A stretch of 64,000 bases of DNA, from NCBI GenBank assembly GCA_963707505.1, contig CAVPQB010000004.1:320001-384000 (forward strand), written 5' to 3'. The position numbers and the translations under genes are program-made. This document shows positions 19,185 to 27,841 of the stretch, piece by piece. Numbering within the stretch: position 1 is the first letter of the stretch; every line of letters starts with the position of its first letter. The notes below the pieces were generated by a model. It did not search any database, had not been told where the DNA came from, and was given only the letters and a program-made list of their open reading frames with translations. The DNA comes from an uncultured Gemmatimonadales bacterium (lineage in GTDB: Bacteria; Gemmatimonadota; Gemmatimonadetes; Gemmatimonadales; Gemmatimonadaceae).

Positions 19185-19979
19185 ATGAACGCCGCGCCGG
19201 ACTCCATTCCCGCAGGGCGCCTGGCCGTCGATCTGAACGCCGACATGGGCGAGGGCTTCGGACGCTACAGGCTGAATGATGACGCGCTACTCGCGACGGT
19301 AACGTCGGCGAGCATCGCGTGCGGATTCCATGCCGGCGACCCGGTCGTGATGCGCGAGACTGTAACGAACGCGCTGGGGCGGGGTGTGACGATCGGTGCG
19401 CATCCGGGTTATCCGGACCTGGTGGGATTTGGCCGCCGTGATCTAGCAGTGACGCCATCCGAGGTCGAGGCGATGGTGGTGTATCAGATCGGTGCCTTGC
19501 AGGCGGTATGTGCCGCCGCAGGAGCGCATCTGCGATTTGTCAAACCGCACGGGTCGCTGTACAATCGCGCGGCACGAGATTCTGCTACGGCGGACGCGAT
19601 CGCGCGTGCGGTGCGCTCCGTGGATGCGTCACTCATTCTGCTGGGGCTCGCGCGAAGCGCGTTGATCGAAGCGGCGGCGCGGGTGGGGATTCGAAGCGTG
19701 AGCGAGGCATTTGTGGATCGCGGGTATCGCAGCGACGGAACGCTGGTGCCGCGCGGGGAGCCGGGCGCGATACTGATCGACGTCAGCACGATCGCCGAGC
19801 GAGCGTTGCGAATGGTGGAGACGAGTACGGTGCTTTCGGCTGATGGGACTGTCGTGAGTGTCCGTGCGGAATCGCTGTGCACACATGGCGATGGCCCCGA
19901 CGCGGCTGAAATTGTTCGTGCGGTCCGGATGCGCCTGGAGCAGGCTGGCGTCAGCGTGGCGTCGTTCGCGCGCCCCTGA
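19185..19979 (+). CDS. pxpA: 5-oxoprolinase subunit A (LamB/YcsF)
   Basis: DLNADMGE, IACGFHAGDP, GAHPGYPD..GFGRR, VKPHGSLYN, HGD. Confidence 0.95.
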   Translation: MNAAPDSIPAGRLAVDLNADMGEGFGRYRLNDDALLATVTSASIACGFHAGDPVVMRETVTNALGRGVTIGAHPGYPDLVGFGRRDLAVTPSEVEAMVVYQIGALQAVCAAAGAHLRFVKPHGSLYNRAARDSATADAIARAVRSVDASLILLGLARSALIEAAARVGIRSVSEAFVDRGYRSDGTLVPRGEPGAILIDVSTIAERALRMVETSTVLSADGTVVSVRAESLCTHGDGPDAAEIVRAVRMRLEQAGVSVASFARP

Positions 19980-20002
19980 CACTCGCCGACTCGTGACGTT
20001 CT

Positions 20003-20653
20003 GTGGATGAATTCCCGATAATACAGCAGCTCGGTGATGATGCACTGCTCGTAACGTTTGGGCGCACCATATCCTGGGAAATCGGCGTCCGCGTGCGCAC
20101 CGCTGCTCGGCGCATACGCGACACGCATCTGCCTTCAGTTACGGATGTGGTACCGGCATACACTACACTTGCAGTGTACTTCGACAGTCGAGAGTCGTCG
20201 TTCGCGACTGTATCGTCGGCGGTTGCGAGTCTGATCGACGATACGACAGTGGGCGACAGTGGCGGCTCGACGTTGGTCGAGATTCCCGTGCGCTATGACG
20301 GGCCCGATCTCGCAGAAGTTGCGGAGCGTACGGGGCTGACGCGGGACGAGTTGATCGAGAAGCACTGTTCGCGGACGTATCGCGCGTACATGACTGGCTT
20401 CGCTCCGGGCTTCACCTATCTCGGTGATCTCGACGAGGCACTGGTACTTCCGCGTCGCACGAACCCGCGCGTGCGCGTTCCCGCGGGATCGGTCGCGATA
20501 GCTGGCGCGCAGACGGCGGTTTATCCGCTGGTAACGCCGGGAGGATGGCATCTCATCGGAACTACGTCGATTGCGATGTTCGATCCGGAGCGTGATCCAC
20601 CGGCACTCCTTCGCGCTGGAGATTCCGTTCGGTTCGTCAGGATCGAAACATGA
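20003..20653 (+). CDS. pxpB: 5-oxoprolinase subunit B (KipI-like)
   Basis: GDDALLV, DVVPAY, IPVRYDGPDL, GFAPGF.YL, PAGSVAIAG, PGGW.LIG. Confidence 0.93.
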   Translation: MDEFPIIQQLGDDALLVTFGRTISWEIGVRVRTAARRIRDTHLPSVTDVVPAYTTLAVYFDSRESSFATVSSAVASLIDDTTVGDSGGSTLVEIPVRYDGPDLAEVAERTGLTRDELIEKHCSRTYRAYMTGFAPGFTYLGDLDEALVLPRRTNPRVRVPAGSVAIAGAQTAVYPLVTPGGWHLIGTTSIAMFDPERDPPALLRAGDSVRFVRIET

Positions 20654-21525
20654 GCGACGTAATTACTGTAATGACAGCACCGCCGTTTGCGACGATACAG
20701 GATCTGGGACGAACTGGCTTCCGTGATTCTGGAGTTCCGGTATCGGGGATCGCGGATCGGGAGTCGGGTTTGCTGCTCAATGCGACCCTGGGGAACGATC
20801 CCAACGCGGCGATGATCGAGTGGGCAGTGGGCGGCGGTGCGCTTCGCTGTGAGTGCGCGGCGAAGATCGCGATTGGTGGAGCGGATGTCGTAGTGACTAT
20901 TGATGGAATGCCCGTGGATCACCGGATGCCGATCTCCGTCATCGAGGGGGATGAGTTACAGATCGTGCGCATCGTGCGCGGGCGATTTGTTCTGATCGCG
21001 GTTCGCGGGGGGATCGACGTGCCTGTCGTGCTGGGCAGCCGATCGACGCTACTGAGCGCCGGAATCGGAGGGTTTGAAGGGCGCAGGCTGCGCAGTGGCG
21101 ATCAGTTGCCCATTGGAGGTCACCTGGCCTCCTCGCATGACAACCTCAAATACGCCAGACGACCGCGCCGTCCGAATGTCGACGGGCCAGTGATGGTGAT
21201 GCGCGGGCCGCAGGCTTCGTTGTTCGACGATGCTGCCTGGGCGACGTTCCTGAGCTCGGAGTTTGTGGTGTCGCTCGCGTCGGACAGAAGCGGTTATCGA
21301 CTGGACGGGGTCACGATCTCACACAGCGGGTCTGCCGCGTTGCCGTCCGAACCGGCTTGTATTGGTGCGATACAGATTCCGGATGGCGGTACGCCGATAG
21401 TGATCATGAACGACGGGCCGACCGTGGGCGGATACCCGAAGATCGCGATAATCAGGGATTCGTGTCTGTCGAGATTCGCGCAGATGGCCCCGGGGGATCG
21501 GTTGCGGTTTGCGCTCGACGGGTGA
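20650..21525 (+). CDS. pxpC: 5-oxoprolinase subunit C (KipA-like)
   Basis: TIQDLGR.G, LGSRST, SDRSGYRL, GAIQIP, TVGGYPKIA; ATGA overlap with pxpB. Confidence 0.93.
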   Translation: MSDVITVMTAPPFATIQDLGRTGFRDSGVPVSGIADRESGLLLNATLGNDPNAAMIEWAVGGGALRCECAAKIAIGGADVVVTIDGMPVDHRMPISVIEGDELQIVRIVRGRFVLIAVRGGIDVPVVLGSRSTLLSAGIGGFEGRRLRSGDQLPIGGHLASSHDNLKYARRPRRPNVDGPVMVMRGPQASLFDDAAWATFLSSEFVVSLASDRSGYRLDGVTISHSGSAALPSEPACIGAIQIPDGGTPIVIMNDGPTVGGYPKIAIIRDSCLSRFAQMAPGDRLRFALDG

Positions 21526-21585
21526 CGATGGTTGCGTTTCGCGCAATCCCGCGCCGCGGTCGCGATAGGCGCCCGAGCCGGTCGG

Positions 21586-22806
21586 CTACGCCGCCGCTGC
21601 GTCCTGGATCTGACGGTTTGGATTCCTTGGGTCGTCGATCTTCAATGCGACAAACAGCCCGACCAACACCAGGCCCGAGGATACCAGGAACGGAATCGAG
21701 TGGCCGAAGCGGTCGTACGTGTAGCCGGCAAAGAGCGGCACTATCACGCGCGCAAGTCCGCCGAATGTCTGTTGCACGCCCATGTACAGGCCGCGCTCGT
21801 TTCTGCTGATGACGCGCGACAACATCGACGTGACGCAGGGGAAGGTGAATGCGGTTCCGAGCGGTATCAATGTCACGGCGAGATACAGCGTGATGTACGT
21901 CGGCATGAGCGGGAACGCGCCGAGTCCGGCTGCGAGCATCACAAGGCCGATTCGTGACAGCCTGACCTCGCCCCACCGATCGACCGCCTTGCCGAGTATT
22001 CCGGCACGCGTGATGACGGAAATCGTCCCCATGAACGTGAAGATCACCCAGATACGATCGGCGGTGATGCCGAACTTGTCATCGAGGAAGAGCGCGAGGA
22101 TCGCCGTGATTCCCTGAAATGCGCCGATGCCGATCGCGTACACCCAGATGAGCCGTGGTGCTGCTTCACTGGTGCGCGTGAAGACGTGCTTCACCGCTGC
22201 GAACGATGCTCCACGCTTTGGCTCTACGTGTTTCGCCTCGACCATGTCGCGCGATTCGGACAGGTAGCGCCAGGCGAAGACGATATTGAGCACGCATAGA
22301 GTGGCGGCGATCAGGCCGGGGCCGTGAACGTCGAACAGCTTGAGAGCAAACGATCCGACGGGTGGGCCAAGTGCGACTCCGACGTTCGTCGCGGCTGAGA
22401 TCCAGCCGAGTGCCTTGGCGCGCTCCTCCGGCTCGACCGCGTCCGCAACGTACGCCTGCACGACGCCGGTTGTGCCACCGCCAGCGCCCTGCACGACGCG
22501 TGACAGGAGCAGCAGCCATATCGTATTCGAGTATGCGAACACGACGTACGCGATCGCCGCGGCACCGAGCCCAAAGAGAAGCGCCGGACGACGCCCGTAG
22601 CGATCCGAAACTCTGCCCCAGAATGGCGCGCTGAGCAGCTGCGCGGCCGTGAACGACGACATGAGCAGCGCGACCATGAGCGCACTCGCACCGAACGATC
22701 GCGCGTAGTACGGCATGAGCGGGATGATCATGAGCAGCCCCACCATGTCGACGAACGCCGTGATGATGAGTGCTGTCAGGCGTCCAAGCGCCGCGCTTCT
22801 GGCCAC
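21586..22806 (-). CDS. MFS efflux transporter, TetA/DHA1-like
   Basis: D.VG..MIIP.MP, motif A GRVSDRYGRRP, AYVAD, motif C GVALGPPVG, LSES. Confidence 0.9.
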   Translation of the reverse strand: MARSAALGRLTALIITAFVDMVGLLMIIPLMPYYARSFGASALMVALLMSSFTAAQLLSAPFWGRVSDRYGRRPALLFGLGAAAIAYVVFAYSNTIWLLLLSRVVQGAGGGTTGVVQAYVADAVEPEERAKALGWISAATNVGVALGPPVGSFALKLFDVHGPGLIAATLCVLNIVFAWRYLSESRDMVEAKHVEPKRGASFAAVKHVFTRTSEAAPRLIWVYAIGIGAFQGITAILALFLDDKFGITADRIWVIFTFMGTISVITRAGILGKAVDRWGEVRLSRIGLVMLAAGLGAFPLMPTYITLYLAVTLIPLGTAFTFPCVTSMLSRVISRNERGLYMGVQQTFGGLARVIVPLFAGYTYDRFGHSIPFLVSSGLVLVGLFVALKIDDPRNPNRQIQDAAAA

Positions 22807-23141
22807 TAGCGGACGCGTGATGTTGAAGGGCGGCGGTACTGGATCACGCCGGGAGCCGCGGTTGCGAGTCGGTCAGGGTGCGGCTGTGGGATGTCCATGC
22901 GTTCATGAGGCTGGAACTGCACCGGACATATTGGGCCGGCGCCGTGCAGCGGATATTGAAGTGACATCGCATCTGGTGGGAATTTAGCCGACGGAACGGC
23001 GCCAGGAGTGCGGGGTGACCGTGGCGAGGGGTCTACGATGCGTAAATGAATGAGGTCTGAGCTCCCACCCCGCGGAGACATCCGTTCGCCGCGTCCCGGC
23101 TACCGCTGGAGCGGTCGAACCGCGTATGACGTGAACCGTGG

Positions 23142-23996
23142 CTACGTCTCGGCCCGCCCCAGCGCCGCCGGCGCGATCGCGCGCCCCACTACGCCGGCCA
23201 GCGCCACGACCGTCAGCACGTACGGGATCATCTCGATGAACTGAGATGCGATCACATGGTTGCCCTGCAGATGTATCTGCACCGTTTCCGCAGCCGCGAA
23301 CAGCAGACACGCGGCACCTGCACGCAACGGGCTCCAGCGGCCGAAGATCACCGCCGCAACCGCGATGAATCCCCGACCCGCTGTCATCTGGTCGGTGAAC
23401 TGATGCTGATCCAGCGCCAGATACACGCCACCCAGCGCCGCGAGCGCACCGGATAGCAGAACTGCCATGTACTGAACGCGGTGCACGGGGACTCCGACGC
23501 TCGCCGCGGCCTCCGGCTTCTCGCCGGTGGCTCGTACGCGCAGGCCAAATGTGGTTCTGAACAGAATGAAAGCGACGACCGGCGTCGAGAGCAATCCGAG
23601 CCAGAGAAGTGGATCGCCGTATCCCGCGGCGAAACCGGTGACTCGCGGTGAATTGGAAGAGCTGTCGAACAGGAGCTTGAGGAAGAAGCGCGTGATCCCG
23701 ATCGCGAAGAGATTGATCGCGATGCCGACGATAACCTGATCCGCGCGATATCTGATCGACGCAACTGCATGGATGAGCGCGAGCACCACGCCACCGCCAA
23801 TACCGCACAACGCGCCAATGACCGGGCTGCCAGAATAGAACGTACCGACGACCGCTGCGAACGCGCCGCCGAGCATGTACCCTTCCAGCGTGAGCGAGAT
23901 GATGCCGGAACGCTCGGCGATCACTCCGCCCGCAGTGGCGAACAAGTACGGTACCGCGATGCGAAGGATCTGCGTGACGATTGCGAATGTGTTCAT
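23142..23996 (-). CDS. Nucleoside/sugar ABC transporter permease
   Basis: ERSG..LEG.ML, FGLRVRATGE.P.AA, GRGFIA.AA.IFGRW, PYVLT. Confidence 0.92.
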   Translation of the reverse strand: MNTFAIVTQILRIAVPYLFATAGGVIAERSGIISLTLEGYMLGGAFAAVVGTFYSGSPVIGALCGIGGGVVLALIHAVASIRYRADQVIVGIAINLFAIGITRFFLKLLFDSSSNSPRVTGFAAGYGDPLLWLGLLSTPVVAFILFRTTFGLRVRATGEKPEAAASVGVPVHRVQYMAVLLSGALAALGGVYLALDQHQFTDQMTAGRGFIAVAAVIFGRWSPLRAGAACLLFAAAETVQIHLQGNHVIASQFIEMIPYVLTVVALAGVVGRAIAPAALGRAET

Positions 23997-24000
23997 CGCG

Positions 24001-25119
24001 TCAGACCGCCGCGGCCGGCGGCTCGGTCGCGACCGGAGCCGAATCGAGTGGCGGTGTCGTGACTGGACGCCGTCGCGAGCCAAGCAGGATGCGCTGCACC
24101 TCGGGAACAGATGCTGCGATCGCTATGATGACGACGCCCTGCAGCACGTCCACCATCTGCTTCGGCACGAATGCGTTGACGGCAAGGCCACCCTGCGACA
24201 GCGTCGCGAAGAACAGCGCGGCGAGTAATATGCCGAATGGATTGTTGCGGCCGACGAGGGCAACGGCGATTCCGAGAAACCCCGTGCCGCCAGCGAATCC
24301 ATCCTCGTAGTAGTACTTGTAGCCGAGCACGAAGTTGATGCCGCCGAGCCCGGCGATGACACCGGACACCGTCATCGCGCTGAAGAGAACGCGACCGACG
24401 GAGATCCCTCCGTACTCGGCGGCTTCGGGCTGCAGGCCTACTGCACGAAGCTCGTATCCTCCACGCGTGCGGAACATGTAGTACCACATCGCGATCGCGG
24501 TGAGTAGAACAGCTATCACCGACAGATTCGCAGCGGAGCCGTGGAACGCCGGCAGCACCGCGCTGAGGCGCGAGATCGCGCCCGCATGAATCTCGGGCGT
24601 GTGCAACGTTTCCGGTACACGCAGCTTCGTTGCAATGAACCAGTTGAGCAGCGCTAGCACGACGAAGTTGAGCATGATGGTCGTGATCACCTCGTGCGCG
24701 CCGAAACGAACGCGCAAATATCCTGGCACCGCGCCGACAACCCCACCAGCGGCTGCGGCACCGAGGCAGCCAAGCAGAATCCCGAGCAGAGCGGGGAACC
24801 CAACCGGTAGTGCGAAACCAACCAGCGCGGCGGCGAGTCCGCCCGCCGCGAGCTGGCCCTCGCCGCCGATGTTGAACAGACCTGCGCGATACGCGAATGC
24901 GACTGCCATTCCGGTGAATGAAAGCGTCGTCGCCTTGTACAGAACCTGACCAAAGCCGTACGCGTTACCCCAGGTTCCCTCCAGCAACAGTCGCCATACG
25001 ACCAGTGGCGACTGGTTGAAGCTGAGCATCAGGATGTCGCCAGCCACGAACGCGATGAGGATCGCAACGACAGGAGGAAACAGCGCCTCCTCTATCTTTT
25101 CGCGCTGTGCCGCCGTCAT
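24001..25119 (-). CDS. Nucleoside/sugar ABC transporter permease
   Basis: GLFNIGGEGQ, HEVITTIMLN, GYELRAVG, GIAVALVGRNNP; ATGA overlap with the ATPase gene. Confidence 0.92.
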   Translation of the reverse strand: MTAAQREKIEEALFPPVVAILIAFVAGDILMLSFNQSPLVVWRLLLEGTWGNAYGFGQVLYKATTLSFTGMAVAFAYRAGLFNIGGEGQLAAGGLAAALVGFALPVGFPALLGILLGCLGAAAAGGVVGAVPGYLRVRFGAHEVITTIMLNFVVLALLNWFIATKLRVPETLHTPEIHAGAISRLSAVLPAFHGSAANLSVIAVLLTAIAMWYYMFRTRGGYELRAVGLQPEAAEYGGISVGRVLFSAMTVSGVIAGLGGINFVLGYKYYYEDGFAGGTGFLGIAVALVGRNNPFGILLAALFFATLSQGGLAVNAFVPKQMVDVLQGVVIIAIAASVPEVQRILLGSRRRPVTTPPLDSAPVATEPPAAAV

Positions 25120-26735
25120 GCTGCTTCTCTCGCGCCGGTCATGTACTCTCCGAGCACTTCCTCGGTCGCATCCGCCGCAGGCATCACGACGACGAAGCGA
25201 CCGCCGCACATCACGGCAACGCGGTCAGACAGCGACAACACTTCGTTCAGCTCGGCGGAAACCAGCAGGATCGCCTTGCCGGCATCGCGCGCGGCGATCA
25301 GGCGCGCATGGATGAACTCGATCGCGCCGACGTCGACCCCGCGCGTCGGCTGCGACGCGAGCAACACTGAATAGTCGCGACCGCCGCCCATCTCCCGTGC
25401 CACAACGACCTTTTGCTGGTTTCCACCTGATAGCGCGCGAGCGGGTAGCGATGCGTCGGTCGGGCGAATGTCGAAGCTACGTATCTGCTCGCTGGCGTAG
25501 TCGGCGATCGCCGCGCGATCGAGCGAGCCGTGGTGCGTGAAGCGATGTTGCATGCCCAGTATGAGATTGTCGGCGACTGAATAATTCATTATCAGTCCAC
25601 GCCGTTGGCGATCTTCGGGAATGTGTGACAGACCCGCATCCGTTCGCTCGCGCGGGGAGGCGGAGGTAAGATCCCGTCCTCCAATTCCAACGTAGCCGCC
25701 CGCGATCGCGCGCAATCCCGCGATCGCTTCGATCAATTCACTCTGTCCGTTGCCCTCGACTCCCGCGATCCCGAGAATCTCGCCGGGTCTGACGGTGAAC
25801 GAGACGTCGTTCACTTCGTACGATTTGCGAAAACCCGTAACCAGAAGGTTACGCACTTCCAGGCCGCTTGATGGCGCGTCGGTCGACGTGTTTGCCGCTC
25901 GCGATGCGGTGGCTGCATTCGCGGCCGCTGCGGTCTCTGTAACGATCGCGAACTCACGAGTCGTAAGCCGCACATGGCGGCCCACCATTGCCTGCGCGAT
26001 CTCGGCGGGATTCGTGTCCGCGGTATGGAAGTGCGCCACCGTTTCACCGGCGCGCATCACGGTGATGTTCTCGGAAAGCGACATCACCTCGTCCAGGCGG
26101 TGGGTGATGATGATGACCGTGCCGCCGTTGTCGCGGACGCGCCGCAATACCTGCGCGAGCTCCTTCACTTCCGGCGGTGAGAGCACCGCGGTCGGCTCGT
26201 CGAGCACGAGGATCTTCGCGCCGCGATAAAGCGTCTTCAGAATCTCCACGCGTTGCGCCTCGCCCACGGAGAGGTCGGCGACGAGTCGCGTTCCGTCGAT
26301 CACCAGTCCTGTCTCGTCGCCAAGTCGCTTCACGTCCGCGACCGCACGCCTGTAATCCACCTGACCGCCGCGCGTGGGCTCCTTGCCGAGCACGAGGTTC
26401 TCGGCGACTGTGAGCGTCGGCACGAGCATGAAGTGCTGATGCACGACGCCGACTCCAGCTGCAATCGCGTCCGGCGTGCTCCATCCCGTGACGTCGCGGC
26501 CATTCACTTCGAGAGTGCCGGAATCCGGCGTCAGCAACCCGCCCAGAATGCGCATGAGAGTGGACTTGCCAGCTCCGTTTTCGCCGACGAGTGCATGGAT
26601 CTCGCCGAGTGCGACTTCGAGAGACGCATCGCGATTGGCGCGCACCGGGCCGAACGACTTGCAGATATCGTGCATCCGCACAGCGAGCGTGCGCGTTTGC
26701 GGGGGCTTCTGTGCGGAGGTCTGCGAGGTCGTCAT
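25116..26735 (-). CDS. ABC transporter ATP-binding protein with two nucleotide-binding domains (CUT2/NupA type)
   Basis: GENGAGKST, LSVGE.QRVEI, LDEPT, GVEGNGQ, LSGGNQQK. Confidence 0.95.
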   Translation of the reverse strand: MTTSQTSAQKPPQTRTLAVRMHDICKSFGPVRANRDASLEVALGEIHALVGENGAGKSTLMRILGGLLTPDSGTLEVNGRDVTGWSTPDAIAAGVGVVHQHFMLVPTLTVAENLVLGKEPTRGGQVDYRRAVADVKRLGDETGLVIDGTRLVADLSVGEAQRVEILKTLYRGAKILVLDEPTAVLSPPEVKELAQVLRRVRDNGGTVIIITHRLDEVMSLSENITVMRAGETVAHFHTADTNPAEIAQAMVGRHVRLTTREFAIVTETAAAANAATASRAANTSTDAPSSGLEVRNLLVTGFRKSYEVNDVSFTVRPGEILGIAGVEGNGQSELIEAIAGLRAIAGGYVGIGGRDLTSASPRERTDAGLSHIPEDRQRRGLIMNYSVADNLILGMQHRFTHHGSLDRAAIADYASEQIRSFDIRPTDASLPARALSGGNQQKVVVAREMGGGRDYSVLLASQPTRGVDVGAIEFIHARLIAARDAGKAILLVSAELNEVLSLSDRVAVMCGGRFVVVMPAADATEEVLGEYMTGAREAA

Positions 26736-27769
26736 CTGGTCGTCGGCACCTTGATCTTGCCGGCGATGATATCTGCCTTGATCGCCTCGACACGTGCGTG
26801 TACGGAATCGGGGATCAATTCCTTGTTGTGCTCATCATACACGTAGCCCACACCGCCCTCCTTGAGGCCGAACGAGTACACGCCGCCGTGGAACTGTCCC
26901 CCATGCACCCGTCGTATCACGTCGAACGTCGCTGCATTCACCCCCTTGACCATCGATGTGAGGATGTAGCCGGGTGCGTCCTTGTACTGATCCGCGTCGA
27001 CCCCGATCGCGAGCTTGTGCATCGCGCGTGCTGCCTCGAATACGCCCTGGCCGGTTGCACCGCTGGCGTGGAAGATTATGTTGACGCCGGATTGATACTG
27101 GCTCAAGGCGAGTTCCTTGCCGCGGCTGGGATTCTTGAACGCATCGGGCGTGACACCGGCGTATTGTGCGATAACCGTGCAGTCCGGACAGACGTACTTC
27201 ACACCCGCGGTATAACCCGCCTCGAACTTGTGAATCAGCGGGATGTCCATACCGCCGATGAAACCGACTTTCTTCGAGTGCCCGACCAGCGCTGCGAGTG
27301 ATCCCACGAGAAAGGAGCCCTCTTCCTCGCGAAACTTGAGCGCCGCAAGATTTGGCGGCGGCGGAATCAGCTTGCCGGTGGAATCGTAGGCGAGCGACAG
27401 GTCGATGCCGGCAAAGTTGATGTTGGGATATTCGCGGGCGAGGTTGGTCAGGTCATCCGTAAAGATGAAGCCGACGCCCATCACCAGATCCATCTTCTCC
27501 GCGGCGAGCAAGCGAAGTCCTGACTCGCGATCGGAGCCATCGCCAGGCTCGATGTAGCGCACCGTGACGCCGAGCATTCGGCGCGCACTGTCCGCACCCG
27601 CGTATGCACCATCGTTGAACGACTTGTCGCCGCGACCGCCAACGTCGAAAACAATTCCTACGGTAGTGCCGGAGCGGGCGAGGGTCGCGTTGCCGCGCCC
27701 TGCGCCAGCGAGCATTAGAGCGGCATGGGCCGCGAGCAGTACCACTACGGCGATTATGATCTTGCGCAC
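26732..27769 (-). CDS. BMP-family (purine nucleoside) ABC substrate-binding protein
   Basis: GGRGDKSFND, FREEEGSFLVG, GFIGG, IGVDADQ, TSMVK. GTG start 8 nt after TATATT. Confidence 0.92.
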   Translation of the reverse strand: MRKIIIAVVVLLAAHAALMLAGAGRGNATLARSGTTVGIVFDVGGRGDKSFNDGAYAGADSARRMLGVTVRYIEPGDGSDRESGLRLLAAEKMDLVMGVGFIFTDDLTNLAREYPNINFAGIDLSLAYDSTGKLIPPPPNLAALKFREEEGSFLVGSLAALVGHSKKVGFIGGMDIPLIHKFEAGYTAGVKYVCPDCTVIAQYAGVTPDAFKNPSRGKELALSQYQSGVNIIFHASGATGQGVFEAARAMHKLAIGVDADQYKDAPGYILTSMVKGVNAATFDVIRRVHGGQFHGGVYSFGLKEGGVGYVYDEHNKELIPDSVHARVEAIKADIIAGKIKVPTTR

Positions 27770-27841
27770 GGGTGGTAAATATAGATGTTGGCCCCCGCTG
27801 GCGGCTCCCCGGCTCCCCGGGGAGCGCACAGCGCATATCTG

